Assembly: GCA_964016885.1 (NCBI GenBank)
Contig: OZ024746.1
Coordinates: 36,518,001 to 36,582,000, forward strand
Direction of reading: 5' to 3'
Length of the DNA stretch: 64,000 nucleotides
DNA from: Eledone cirrhosa
Taxonomy: Eukaryota
Notes under the pieces: generated by a model
What the model saw: the letters and a program-made list of their open reading frames with translations, nothing else
Told to the model about the DNA's origin: nothing
The model's database searches: none
Position numbers and translations under genes: made by a program
Shown here: positions 32,519 through 45,814 of the stretch, in pieces
How positions within the stretch are numbered: the first letter of the stretch is position 1
Layout: each line of letters opens with the position of its first letter

Positions 32519-34710
32519 TTTTCACTGCCAATTCCTTGTCAAAAATAATGTTCTCTAATCAACCGAATGAGGCTTCACTTTTGGTTAACTTTGCAAACGA
32601 GATAACACAGCTACGTGTCTCTATTTTCTGATAACACTAATCATGTTCTCTCTCATCAATGTTCATATCACATTTAGCTTACCATTCAGCTTCACCGTTG
32701 GTTTGTTTTTTTCTTATGAAAGCAACTACGACTATGTTACTTATGTCAACACTGACTCTTTCTTTATCGACATATCAAATTTAAAAACAAAGAAAGTAAT
32801 AGTTTGCTTTAGAATTACAAATCGCTACCTAGAAAATGACGATATGTAGATAATATTCTTCGTCCCTATAAAACTGCGCAACTCAAGTGTCCAATAAGTG
32901 ATGATGGTGTTGGTGATGGTTGTGATAGTGGTGTTGGTGTTGTTGTTGTTCTTCTTCTTCTTGATGATGATGATTATGATGGTTTTAATGAAATGCTTCC
33001 GTCACCTTAATGCGTCTTGCTGAAACATTTCGTTGTAGTCATTTCGTTGTAGTCATTTCGTTGTAAGAAATAAATGACTTTTTTTTCCAGTAGAATACAC
33101 ACATTGTTTGTATAGAATAAACATATTCAATGAGTACAAGCAATCCCTCTCATTTTGTTTGATGAAAAAGTAATATTACTAACAAATATATTAAATTGAA
33201 ATATATTAAAAGATAGTGGCGAGAATATATTCGTAAATGAACCTTTTCTTTTCATTAGAACTGCATCAATATTTCTTTCAGTACTTATATCGAGTTGTTT
33301 AATCCGAATATGACAACAGATGAATATGACAACAGATTTTATGTAAATGTTTCTTAATAAAAAATGAAAAATAAACTGTAGAATTTAATATAATGTTTTG
33401 ATTATCTCTAGTTTCCAAGGAATTATGTGAACGAAGAGCAAATTGTATTTAATAATTATAAAGTTGAAATATACCAAATCATTTTCCTTAGAGTGTATGT
33501 ATACTTGGTTTTATAATTTAAATTCTCCCCGCAAATAAGTATTGTTTATGACAGGAGTCGTGATATTTTATTATTATCCTGCAATGGGCAGTTGGTGACA
33601 TGTTAGTAAAATATATTTTGGTTAGTGTAGTTTTGAGATATAAGTGTTAACATTATATTTCTGTGTCAAAGGACATGATGCAATGATGACAAAAGCATAA
33701 AACATTGACAAGATTATTGTTATTACCAGCTGATCGTCACATTATGAATCACGGAAATCATAGACACTTAAAGCGATGTATATGATGCGCATGAATTATT
33801 AGGTATATGATTAAAAACGTATGGCATTCAGATCACCAATTTACATACAATAAATATATCAGCTGGATTCTTATTTTTCATGCATTGGTGTTTTTCTGGC
33901 TTTTAGCATTATATCACCATATATTTTCCCAGACAATGTCTCGTCTTTTACTAATATATTCAAGCATGTCAAACATGATCATTCAGTGATGCTTTCGTCG
34001 GCAACATTGCATTTTCGTAGTAGATATTATCGAATATATACCCATCATCATTAAGAATATCAACATTTCCAATGATTCAATATAGACTGTTTGAGCAATT
34101 TCGTCAAATAAAGTATATTGGTTTTACATATAGCGTTCGGTTCAATAATTCTGAGTGTGTGTAGCTGAGATTAATATTTCAAATACTTAAGAAAACATGA
34201 TGGGCAAAGTTCAAAATCTTTTCTTGGTTGAATGATTGTGGAAGTCAAATAACATGCTTGGAAATATAGATGCATGCTAGTTTTACAGCCTTTAAAATAA
34301 TATAAATATATTGATACTTTGAGCATTTATGCGAGATAATGTGAATAATGTAGTATGTTCCTATGTTCTACCGAGAGCTAAGGAATAATGGAGTGGTACA
34401 AGAACAGAAGTCAACTATTATTTCGGTATTATCGAGCACAGTTAGGTTGTGCCCAAGCACTACATATGTGTATAATTTGATACATCCATAGGCAACCGAT
34501 TAAACGCACACAAACAGACACATATACATATTATACATATTATATATATATATTATATATATTATATATATTATATATATTATACATATTATATATATTA
34601 AACGCACACAAACAGACACATATACATATTATACATATTATATATATATATTATATATATTATATATATTATATATATTATACATATTATATATATTATA
34701 TATATTATAC

Positions 34711-34780
<70 letters not shown>

Positions 34781-34852
34781 AAATCAAGGTCTAGCAAATA
34801 GAGAAAAAGTTTTAAAATAATTAAAAAAGAGTTCACGGTACTTACTATATGT

Positions 34853-34916
34853 GCCTTTACCGCGGTTTCATGCTCCAAGCGGATTTCCATTGAGAAGAGA
34901 GCAATCTTCAGAAAGC
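34853..34916 (-). ncRNA. Type I minimal hammerhead ribozyme motif (Penelope-type)
   Basis: Minus strand: gcttt CTGAAGA t tgctc...gagca t GAAAC CGCG GTA aaggc. Stem I 5 bp, stem II 5 bp, palindromic stem III, GUA triplet. Enclosed by the inverted repeat aggtctagcaaatagag/ctctatttgctagacct next to (TA)n. Confidence 0.8.
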
Positions 34917-35099
34917 TCTTCTCCCTCTATTTGCTAGACCTGGATAATTATATGTTCTCGCTTGTTTATTTATTAACCCGCCATAGAACCACATTGGCTT
35001 ACGGTCGGATAATACTTGTTTCCCTAAATGTATTTTTTACACGTAGGAATTCATACTTTATTATTATTATTATTATTAGCCTTATCGATTTTTACATTA

Positions 35100-35255
35100 C
35101 ATTAGATGATGATGATGTTATCATTTGTATATGTAGGCAATGAATTGAATGAATAACGTCAATCGATATTGCATTATCTTACCTGTTATACAATCTTTAA
35201 CCTCAGTAGATTGACGTTTGTTAAATAGCTATTAGATTCACAATTTACCAAATAT
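35100..35255 (-). promoter_or_regulatory. Orphan copy of the GPCR upstream module (putative 5'UTR exon and splice donor)
   Basis: gcattatcttacctg-tatacaa...tagattgacgtttgttaaatagct matches 56155-56295 and 53690-53777. The minus strand gives CAG/GTAAGA. Confidence 0.6.
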
Positions 35256-35268
35256 TCTTCTTCTTCTT

Positions 35269-35352
<84 letters not shown>
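35255..35352. repeat. (TTC)n(TTA)n compound microsatellite
   Basis: Visible in the sequence. Confidence 0.95.
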
Positions 35353-35568
35353 GAATGCCATGGTTGACGGAGGCTCGGCTCTGTAAGGTATAGTAATTTT
35401 TAACCGTTAAAACAATTGTAAATTGTTTAAAACTTGAACCAAATTGTTGATAAAGACACCCTCCTCCTCGTGAGAGGGGTCTTTCTGTCCGTTATTTGGC
35501 CCTTCGGGGTTAAATAACCAGTTATTGGGGTTTTGTACCCAAAATTTCATTTTAAACAAAAAAACAAC

Positions 35569-36593
35569 ATGGCTACGAAAAAGAATAACGGCACTCAACT
35601 GCCCATAAGTGTTGAGGGCAAACGCCCGAAATGCTTTCGCTGTGGATCGAAGACTCACCTCAGGGCCTTCTGCAACGAGAAGACCCTGAGAAAGGAGAAA
35701 ACCCCCCTCCTTCCGAATCCGGCTCCACGGCTACCAGCAACAGGACAAGCGGCAACCAGGAACGATAGGTCCGTGGCACCCATACCCACTCCACGGAAAT
35801 CAAAAACAGCAGCAGCAGTGGAAATATTAACAACAACAACAGCAATACCAAATGCAGCTGCAACAGAGACTCCAGTGCAAACATCACCAACAACAAGTGA
35901 AAGAGTGGAGCTGGTACCCCTCCCCGACCTCACAGAATCAGACATGGAGTGTGAGGTGGGAGAGGGATGGCAAACGGTCGTAAGAAGGCACAAACGCAGA
36001 AGCAGCGCATCGTCGCCTTTGAAAAGGGAGGAAAGAAATGAGAAAAGGGTAAAGTCTACTGCAAAGAGACCCACAGCAGCAACAACACCAACACCATCAC
36101 CACCCACACTAGCACCACCATCACCACCGCCAACAACACCTTTAACACCACCACCACAAGCACCAACATCGCAAACACAACAACAAAACACACACACCCA
36201 GCAACAACGACAAGAAAATAGCAGAACCACACCCCACCCCAGAAAAACAAATGCACGGCAATAAACACACACAACAAGAAACTAATGACTTACATAATTG
36301 AACACACAGACATTTCACAACAGGACTACATAATACCAGCACCAATCAAAACGCCAACTAACATAAGACTGCTAAAAATAGCACAGAAACAATACACAAA
36401 CATTAAAACGAAATTCCCCAACGCAGTTGGTGATTTCAGGGACCTAGGAGGAACCATTAATCGAAGAGTATATTCAGACATTCTCTTAGAAGAGCCGACG
36501 ACCAGCCGAAGGGACGATTCAACGGTCCCTTCACCAGACGATCAAGTGAAAAGGGATGTAAAAACCATCCCTCCTCTACCAAAAGTACGGTAA
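35569..36593 (+). pseudogene. Tx1-like ORF1 (CCHC zinc knuckle), probably internally deleted and broken near 36264
   Basis: LPISVEGKRPKCFRCGSKTHLRAFC, then a P/T-rich region and GWQTVVRR. Continues in ORF 36285-36593. Confidence 0.75.
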
Positions 36594-36628
36594 GTGGTCT
36601 TTCCCATCTTTTCCACTCTATTTTAAAC

Positions 36629-39600
36629 ATGACCTCACTCAGAATAGGCAGCATAAATGCGCGTGGCTTGGGGTCGTCATGGAAGCAGGGTCACCTGCTC
36701 AACGACCTCAGGTCACTAAACATAGATGTAGTGGCCATCAGCGAGACCAGAATCTCCGAAGCACGGGCCTTCGCACCGATCTTCGGTGGCTACGATGTGT
36801 ACGCATCTCCCAGCCGTCCTGGATCGGGTGGAGGAGTTGCTGTGCTTTTTCGGAGAGGTTTGGATCTCGCCATACGGGCCATCTTCCTGGACCCAGAGGG
36901 TAAGCTGGTGGTGCTGGACGTGACCAGCGGAGACGGGCAAGCTTTCAGGCTAGTGGCCGTCTATGCCCCGACAGGAGCAGGACGTCCTGATTTCTTCCGG
37001 CGTCTGGAGACCTTTCTTGGAACGTCCCGCTCTTTAGTGTTAGTGGGCGACTGGAACGGGATCTTAGATGCACGCTGGGACTGTGTGGGATTAGCGGATA
37101 GGGGTGGAGGGTGCAAGAGCCTCACCAACCTGCTCAGGCGTTTTGAAATGTCTGACAGGTACCGATTGGATTTCCCGAATGTGCCAATGTGGACTTGGAC
37201 AAACCGCATAGGGTCATCCAGATCATATCTAGATAGAGTATTTTGTAGGGAAATAGATAGGTCTAGCATAGGCTGTCCACAATTCAAGATAGTCAGCTAC
37301 ACGGACCACAAATTCGTGACCTGTGTGCTTGACTTAGATAGACTTCATAGACGAGGACCCGGCTACTGGAAGCTAAACGCGTCCTTACCAGCGCGCAAGG
37401 CCTACAGAGACCGGATTAGCGAACTAGTTAAGCGGGCGTTGACGGGGGCCATCGTCAACAACAAGTGGTGGTTTGCTCTGAAAAGAGCGATTAGAATAGA
37501 ATCGATTAGGTTTAGTAAGGCTTTAGCAATAGAGAAAAATAGAGCAGAGGGAGAACTAGTTAGAAAATTAGACGAGGCGCTTAGCAAAGGCATTGCGACC
37601 GACGTGCTTGCGGCGAAATTGGCCCTTGACCAATTCTTCAATGCAAAGCACGAAGGCTGCGTTGTCAGAGCTAGGGTGCGTGCTCTCAGACACGAGGGGA
37701 GGAAAGCCGTTCAATGGGCCCGAGTGGCGGAGGCGCGTCGTGGCAACAAAGCCACGATCCGGTCTTTGGTGGACCACGACGGGCGCATGCTACTCGATCC
37801 CGGGCAAATGTGTGAAGCTTTTCAGCGACACTTCGCTCAGCTGTTCGGGGGCAGCGGGGGGCCGGGTAGAGGGATGGACTTTAGTGTCTACCTCGACAGA
37901 CTGCCGCGGCTCTCGGCCACTGAGGCGAAGTGTTGCGAAAAGCCGATTACAGCCGCTGAAGTAAGGGAGGCAATGACTGGCTGCAGAAGGGGTAAATCGC
38001 CTGGTTTGGATGGTCTGCCCTATGAACTTTGCGTACAGATGCCAGACTTGTTCGGAGGCCTCTTGGCGGACGTCTACTGCAACTGGCAACAGAACGGGAG
38101 AATTCCCAATTCTGTGAGCCGAGGAGCGGTGGCACTGTTGAGAAAGGATCCGAACAAGGGGGATACCATAGAAAATTTCCGGCCCATAACTCTGCTAAAC
38201 GCAGAGTTTAAGATTTTGGCCAAGGTGCTAGCAAAGAGGTTGGCGCTTGTCGTTGGTGGTCTGGTGGGAGAGGCGCAGACATGCGCCATTCCCGACAGAT
38301 CCATCCACGACAACCTCCACCTCATGCGATACATCGTAGAGAGGGAGCTAGGGAACCTGGCACGGGTGGGTCCTTGATCAATTTAGATCAGTCGAAAGCT
38401 TTCGATAGGGTCGACTATCGTTACCTAGCGGCAGTCCTGAGGGCGGCTGGCTTTGGGCCCGTATTCAGAGGCTGGATCGCTGCCATGCACAGCGACATCT
38501 GCTCTGTGGTGAGAGTGAACGGTCACCTGTCGGAACCGTTCAACATCATGCGCTCGGTCCGCCAAGGATGTCCCCTCTCGTCCCTCTTGTACGTATTGAC
38601 TCTCGAGCCATTACTGCACAAACTGGAGACGTTGAGGGGAGTCCCGCGCGAACTAGGATGCGGAAGATCCGTGTCAGCATATGCGGACGATGTCACCGTA
38701 GTGGTGTCGAACGCCAAACACATCGAGGCGATCGGCACTACACTAAGAGAATACGAAGCGGTGACAGGAGCAATGATCAACCAGGAAAAGTCAGTGGGCC
38801 TGCAGCTCGGCACCTGGAGAGGCAGGTCCATGCCGTCCAACAGCGTCGTCGGGCGCTGGACGGACGGACCGGTTAAATTGCTAGGGGTCTGGTTCGGTCC
38901 GGACCTCCCGACGGACAAAAACTGGGACGAGGTGACGAGCAGGGTGGCTTCTCTCACCCAGAAATGGGCGGAGAGGAAGCTATCCCTGAACGGTCGAGCG
39001 GAGGTGGCTTACGCGTACATCGCGTCTGTCATCTGCTACCGCCTAACCGTCGTACCTTGTCCTAAGCCTCGCCTGACTGCGCTGGAGCGTTTGCTCTTTC
39101 GCTTTTTGTGGAAGGGACGTGCTCCGATGGTCAGGCGGTCCATCTGTTGTCAACACCCGCTGCGTGGAGGGCTGGGCATGCCGTGGCTGATGATGCGCAG
39201 GCACGCGCTCAGGCTACGACATCTCCACCTCTTCCTCGACGGTGATCAGGTGTGGTCGCCGTTTGCTAGACGCGTTTTTCCCCAGCTCGTTTCCTTGACG
39301 GAGCTGCAGTCCTGGGTCAAGCGAAGACCGAGAGGGAGCGCCTGGAGACTGGAATGTCTTCAGGCGCTCACAGCCCTCGACCAATCGGGCAATGTGATCG
39401 GTGGAAACTCCACCTCGGCGTTCTATAGAGGATTAGTGGAGGGGAAGAGCGACGACGTACTTGGGGAAACTCTAGGCGTCGACGAAAATCAACTAGCCAA
39501 TCTCTTCGGAAGAACTTTCGGGCCAGGGCCTATGGACAACTTCCAGAAATCTCTGGCCTGGCAGTGCTACCGAGGAGCCTTGCCAGTTCGGGATAAACTC

Positions 39601-40048
39601 TACAGACATGGAGGTGCCGTCAGCCGGGCATGTCCGAGATGCGCGCAGGGCGACGAAACCGTCCTGCACGCACTCGTCCAGTGTCCGAAAATTGCTGACT
39701 TGTGGATTTATGTCGAACACCTGCTGTCGCGTTTAGGACGGATCCAGCTATCATCTGAGTCTATCGTGGGGATTGCCCCGCCCTCCTCCTTTAGCCGGGA
39801 AGGGCAGGCAGTTTTTTATCTGTCTGGTGGCCATGGCGAAAGAGATAGTATGGTGGACACGTTTGAAAGGGCTGAAGACGAGCACTTACCTCTTCGGTGA
39901 TGCTCTGATTGACTTTTTCAAATTTCATTTGAAAAGGAAAATCAGAGTAGAGAAGGAAGTGCTCTCTTCCCAGCATTTTGTTGAAAGATGGGTGAGAGAA
40001 GCAAGAATGGCCCGAGTGAATGGGCCGACTCTGAGTATATATCTGTAA
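36629..40048 (+). pseudogene. Tx1-like ORF2 (APE endonuclease + RT + C-terminal Cys/His motif) with two frameshifts
   Basis: SINARGL, ISET, VYAP, GDWN, SYLDR, TDH, PGYWKLN, KSPGLDG, FRPITLLN, LDQSKAFDRV, VRQGCPLS, YADD, CPRC..ETVLHALVQC. Frameshifts near 38360 and 39815. Confidence 0.92.
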
Positions 40049-40308
40049 ACTAAAGGTGGAAAACTGGGAGTGGGCACTTGCCTTGGTGGTCAGGGTCATT
40101 GTGGCTTTTTACTGGGCTTTCTCCACAAATGTCCCTCCGAAGTCTCCCCCCTATTGGGGAATTTTTCATTGTTATTTTCATTGTTATTTTTGTTACATCC
40201 TCTGTTTTTGTTTTTTTACACGCAGAAATGCCCATTTGTACCGTCCTGCATTGTCCTGCACTGTCCTTAATGTCTACTTTATGTAAACCCTTGTGGTTAA
40301 TAAAGAAA

Positions 40309-40363
<55 letters not shown>

Positions 40364-40364
<1 letters not shown>

Positions 40365-42630
40365 TGAGTTTCAGTCAATGATGTTAGTTAACTGGAAAGT
40401 TTGTTGAAATGAATATCAAGCCACTACCTGCAGCCTCAGATATTCAGGACGTATCGGAGGGCTATTGCTGTTCCCAGCAAGCATGCCTTTTGAAGCGTTC
40501 CAAAAAGCGTGAAGGGACCAATTTTTTGTGACCATCCCTGTAAACCTTTTGAGATAGTCCCCAGTGCGCCTATGACAATCGGGATCACTTTGACTTCATG
40601 GCAGTTCCAAATCCTTTTTTTCCTCCCACTTTAAGTCCTGGTATCGGTTAATTTTCTCCCTCTCCTTCTCTTGCACTCTCGTGTCGAATGGGCGGGCCAC
40701 ATCCACAATCAGGCACGATCTTTTTTCTTTGTCCACAACCACCAGGTCAGGTCTATTGTGTTCCAGGTTCTTTTACGTCTGTATCCTAAAATTCCACAGC
40801 ACCTTCATCTGATCGTTTTCTATCACCCACTCTGGCTTTTGCTCATACCACTTCTCAGAATGTGGTAAATTGTTTACTTTGCATAGGTGCCAGTGAAACA
40901 CCACGCCCATCACATCATGTCTCCAGCCCTTATAGTGAGTCTGGGCTAGGTGTTTACACTCGGATACAATGTGAGCTACAGTATCCTCTCTCTCTCCACA
41001 GATCCTGCAAAGTGGGCTAGCCTGCTCCTTGTAAATATGGTGTTTCAACCACTTCGTTTTGAGGGCCTGCTCCTGCGCAGCCATTAACATTCCTTCTGTA
41101 GCCTTTTTGAGGTCTCCTCTTCTCAACCAGTTCCATGTCTGTGGATCTCAAAGAAGGTACTATGAAGAGATTTTTCCTGAAGGCTGCTCTTTCTCCTTGA
41201 TGTTATTTCCTCCTTGGACATCCCCTGGCCTATTGTCCCCTCCTTCAGTACAGTTCTGAGCATTGGCTCCTTACTATCAGTCACGTATTTGTGTAGGTTG
41301 TTTTTCTCCATCTGAACAAAGTCCTCTATGCTGATAAGACCTCCTTAGGTAGAGTCTATCGACATCACTCATCTTGTGGAACATGTTGTAGATAGTCAAT
41401 AGTTTCCTAGTCTTCCTATCCATTTCTTTTTGTTCAGCAACATTCCATCTCAGAATTCCAGCACTGTACCTAATAATAGACACAGCTCGGGAATTTACTG
41501 CACTTATGGCATTCCTACTGTTCAGATGTGACTTTAATACGCTCCTTACTCTCCGAATGTATTCAGTTCTTAACAATTCCTTCATTTTTTTGTTCTTTAT
41601 GCCATCAGCCTCCAGAACGCCCAAATACTTGTATCCTTCCTCAGAGTCAATTTCCTTTATCATCTCACCTGTTGGTATCTGGATCCCGTTACTTCTGCTC
41701 AACCTACCCCTCCTCATCACAATGACTCCACATTTACCAATACCAAACTGCATACATATATCACTGCTGAAAATACGGACAGTGTCAACAAGCACATCCA
41801 ACTCCTTCTCATTCTTCCCGAAAAGCTTAATATCGTCAATGAAGAGGAGGTGATTGATGGTAAGCCCTCCCTTTCCCAACTTGTATCCTGGTCTCACTTT
41901 TCTCAGTATAGGGTCAGGGGCATCAGGGCAAGGACAGAGGGGACAGACTATCTCCCTGGAAGATACCTCTCTTGATCTTCACGCTTCCCAATGATTCTCC
42001 AGCTAATGTTAACTCTGTTTCACAGGACTACATACTTTTGTCCAACAACTGTCTGAAGTTATCTGCCACCCTGAAGAACTCCAGGCTTTTGGTGATCCAA
42101 GAATGAGGCACCATGTCAAATGACTTTTTGTAGTCTATCCATCCCATAGCAAGACCAGTGTGTCTCCTCTTGACATTCCTCATTACCATCTTATCAATAA
42201 GTAACTGGTACTTTGTTGAACGGGACTTCTTTCGGCATCCTTTCTGTTCCTCCGGTAACAAGCTGTTTGTGTGGAGGTGATGGCAGATTTCCTCAGACAC
42301 AATGCTCGTCAACAGTTTCCACATTACGGACGGACATGTGATAGGTCTATAGTTGGTAACATCATTACCCTTGATTCGGTCCTTCATTACCAGAACTGTG
42401 GTACCTCTTGTCAACCACTTTGGTACCTCACCTGACGTCAAGCAGTCATTGAACATGGTTGTCAGTTTCGGGTGGAGGGATGTTAAATTTTTAATCCAAT
42501 ACCCCTGCACACCATCTGGGCCTGGAGTTATGCAGTTGGATAGTATTTTGGCCTGCCCCTTGAGGGTTTTAACTGTGATAATCCAATCAGTTTGTTAGTG
42601 TACCTGTTCACTAATCCCAGGCACACCAAC
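40364..42630 (-). mobile_element. 5'-truncated R4/Dong-like LINE (RT + CCHC + restriction-like endonuclease), frameshifted
   Basis: NYRPITC, EQKGC, WIDYKKSFDMVPH, RGIFQGDSLSP, LLFIDDIKL, YKYLGV, CRIC..HIVSEC, RHD, PDLVVVD. (TAA)n on both sides. Confidence 0.88.
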
Positions 42631-42657
42631 AAATTATTATTATTATTATTATTATGA

Positions 42658-43060
42658 GGGCGGTGAATTGGCATTATTGGTAAAGGGTCAGACATGCTCT
42701 CTAGCATAGTTACATCCCTTTACGATATGAGTTCAAATCCCGCCGAGGTTAACTTTGCCTTTCATCCTTACGAGGTCGATAAAATAAAGTACCAGTAATA
42801 TACTGGGTAATTGCTGGCCTTGTACCAAAAAGAAGAAACAATTATTTCTGATGATAAGGGCGGTGGATTGGCAGTATCGGTGGAGGGTCGGACGTCATGC
42901 TTTCCAGCATAGTTACGTCACTTTACGATCTGAGTTCAAATCCCGCCGAGGTTGACTTTGCCTTTCATCCTTACGGGGGTCGATAAAATAAAGTACCAGT
43001 AATGCACTGGGTAATTGCTGGCCTTGTGCCTAAAGTAGAAACAATTATTATTATTATTAT
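42658..43060 (+). mobile_element. Tandem pair of tRNA-derived SINEs (42658-42845 and 42858-43060)
   Basis: A-box-like tggcagtatcgg, B box gagttcaaatccc, central ctttgcctttcatccttacg-ggtcgataaaataaagtaccag, (ATT)n tail. Confidence 0.9.
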
Positions 43061-43061
43061 T

Positions 43062-43250
43062 CTTTGAGTCACAGTTATTGATGTTAGTTAACTGGAAAGT
43101 TTGTTGAAATGAATATCAAGCCACTACCTGCAGCCTCAGATATTCAGGACGTATCGGAGGGTTCTTGCTGTTCCCAACAAGCTTGCCTTTTGAAGCGTTC
43201 CAAAAACTGTGAATGGGCCAATTTTCTTTAATCATCCCTGAAACGTTTTG
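43062..43250 (-). mobile_element. Second, short 3' end of the R4/Dong-like LINE
   Basis: Near-identical to ~40364-40555 (gatgttagttaactggaaagtttgttgaaatgaatatcaagccactacctgcagcctcag). Confidence 0.88.
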
Positions 43251-45812
43251 ATCAAAACGGCGCATGTTGCTCGAACCCAAGCAGATATGTGCGCCTTTTA
43301 AACAGCACTTTGCTCAATTGTTCCGGGAGCTGCGGCGGGCATGATCGGAGTATGGACTTCGGTGCATACCGCGACCTACTGCCGCGGCTCGCAACCACCG
43401 CAGCGCAGTGCTGCGAAAAGCCGATAACAGCAGGTGAAATATGGGGCGCGATGTCTGACTGCACGAGGGGTTAATCGAGCTTTATGCGTATATGGGCCCT
43501 ACGAGATGTATGCGTATATGCCAGATTTGTTGGTCGACCTCTTGGCAGATATCTACTGCAACTGGCATCAAAACGCGAGGATTCCCAGTTTTGTGAGCCG
43601 GGGAGTGGAGGCGCTGTTGAGAAAAGAACAGAAAAAGGGGGACGTTAGTGACAACTTCAAGCCCATAACTCTGCTAAATGCAGAGTTTAAGATTTGGCCA
43701 AGTTGTTAGCAAAGAGATTGGCGCTTGTAGTCGGTGATATGGTGGGGGTAGGAGCAGACATGCGGGATTCCGGACAGATCTATCCACCATAACCTCCATC
43801 TCATGCGATACATCGTAGAGAGGGTGGTTAATGAACCTGGCACGAGTGGGGCCCTGATCAAATAGGATCATTCTAAGGCATTTGATAGGGTTGACCATCG
43901 GTACCTGCTGCGCCCCTCGAGGCGGCCGGCTTCGGGCCCGTTGTTAGGGGCTGGATCGCTGCGATGTACAGCGACATCTGCTCGATTGTGAGGTTAAAGG
44001 GTCACCTGTCGAACCCTTTCAGCATCATGCGCTTGGTCCGACAGGGTTGCCCCCTCTCGTCCCTCTTGTACGTACTGACCCTCGAGCCGTTACTGCACAA
44101 ATTGTCGACGAAGAGGAGGGTTCCACGCGAACTGGGATGCGGGAGACCCGTGTCAGCTTACGCCGACGACGTCACCCTGGTAGTGTCGAGCATCAAACAC
44201 GTCCAGATGCTCGGCACCACCATCAAGGAATGCAAAGCTGTGACAGGAGAAAAGATAAACCAGGAAAAGTCGGTGGGGTTGCAACTCGGCACCTGGAGAG
44301 GAAAGTCCATGCTGTCCAATAGCGTCGTGCGGCACTGGCCGGAAAGACCGGTTAAATTGCTCGGGGTCTGGTTCGGTCCGGACCTCCAGATGGAGAGAAA
44401 CTGAAGCAAAGTGATGAGCAGGGTGGCCTTTCTCAAAAGGAGGCTGTCTCTGAAAGGTCGGGCGGAGGTGGCGAATGCGTACATAGCATCGTCATCTGCT
44501 ACCGCCTGACCGTCGTAACTTGCTCCCGCACAACTCTTACGAAAATGGAGCGCCTTCTCTTCCGCTTTTTGTGGAAGGGACGTGCTCCCATGGTCAGACG
44601 ATCCATTTACTGTCGACACCCGTTGGGTGGAAGACTAGGCATGCCGTGGCTGATGATGCGCAAACATGTGCTGAGGCTGCGACATCTCTGGTGCTTCCTT
44701 GACGATGAACAGGTGTGGTCGCTTTGCCAGACCCGCTCTTCCGCACCTCGTCTGGAGCTGCAGTTCTGGATCAGGAAAATACCGAGGGATAGCGCTTGGA
44801 AGCTGGAATGTCTCCAAGTGCTCCCTGCCCTCTACCAGCTTGGGATTAGTATCGGTAGAACATCCACCTCGGCATTCTATAGAAGGCTATAGGACGGAAA
44901 GAGCCACGACGCTCTCGGGAGACCATGGGCGATGAAGACGTTCAGCTGTTCGTTCTCTTCAAGAAAACTTTCAGACTGGGGCCTATGGGCAACTTCCAGA
45001 AATCCCTGGCCTGGCAGTGTTACCGGGGAGCGTTGCCGGTTCGGGATAAGCTCTACAGGCACGGAGGTGCTGTCAGCCGAGACTGTCTGAGATGCGCGCA
45101 GGGCGACGAAACCGTCCTGCTCGCACTCGTTCATTGCCCGAGGATTGCTGACTTGTGAAGCTATGTCGAACAGCTGCTGTCGCGTGTAGGACGGATCCGG
45201 TTATCGACTGAGTTCATTGTACAGATAGCCCCGCCATTCTCTTTTAAAGATGAGGAAGAGCAGGAAGTTTTCATCTGCCTGGTGGCCATGGCGAAAGAAA
45301 TTGTGTTGTGAACAAGGTTGAAAGGGTTGAAGACGGACACTTTACTCTCCGGCCAATCCCTGAGTAACTTTTTCAAGTTTCACTTGAAGAGGAAAATCAT
45401 GGTGGAGAGGCAAGTGCTGTCTTCTAGTAAGTTTGTTGAAAGGTGGGTGAAAGTGGCGAGTCTGGTCCGAGTGATCGGGCCTGATCTGAGTATACGCCTG
45501 TAGACTGAGGAGTGGGAAACGTGAGAGAGGGCGTTTTCCCTGGTAGTCAGAGGGGGCCGTGGACTTTTGTGTGACTTTCATCACGAGTGACCCTCGGAGG
45601 TTTCCCCTTTATTGTGGAATTTTTGTTGTTTGAATTTGTTGATTTCTATCCCGATTTCTATCCCGATTTCTAACCTATTTACACGACCAAAACCCACTTT
45701 GTATCGTCCTGTACTGTTTTGTACCGTCTCTAATGTTTTTCTTCGTGTTAGCCCTTGTGTGACCAATGAAGAAACCATTATTATTATTAGTATTATTATT
45801 TTTATTATTATT
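43250..45812 (+). mobile_element. Tx1-like LINE copy 2, 5'-truncated and more decayed
   Basis: Collinear with 37780-40311 (FKPITLLNAEFKI, VRQGCPLS, YADD, FQKSLAWQCYRG). Many stops and frameshifts. (ATT)n tail. Confidence 0.9.
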
Positions 45813-45814
45813 AT

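Larger units (their letters stand above)
35353..40311 (+). mobile_element. Near full-length L1/Tx1-like LINE, copy 1
   Basis: 5'UTR, zinc-knuckle ORF1, APE-RT ORF2, 3'UTR with AATAAA, (TTA)n at both ends. Confidence 0.92.

Noticed and set aside
34499-34700. Tandem duplication of ~99 bp
   Set aside because: It lies within a TA-rich tract and is most likely slippage or an assembly artefact.
42658-43060. tRNA genes
   Set aside because: A and B boxes are present but there is no cloverleaf. These are SINE heads.
35655-45584. Antisense and alternate-frame ORFs over the LINEs
   Set aside because: Shadow ORFs of GC-richer retrotransposon coding sequence with no independent motifs.
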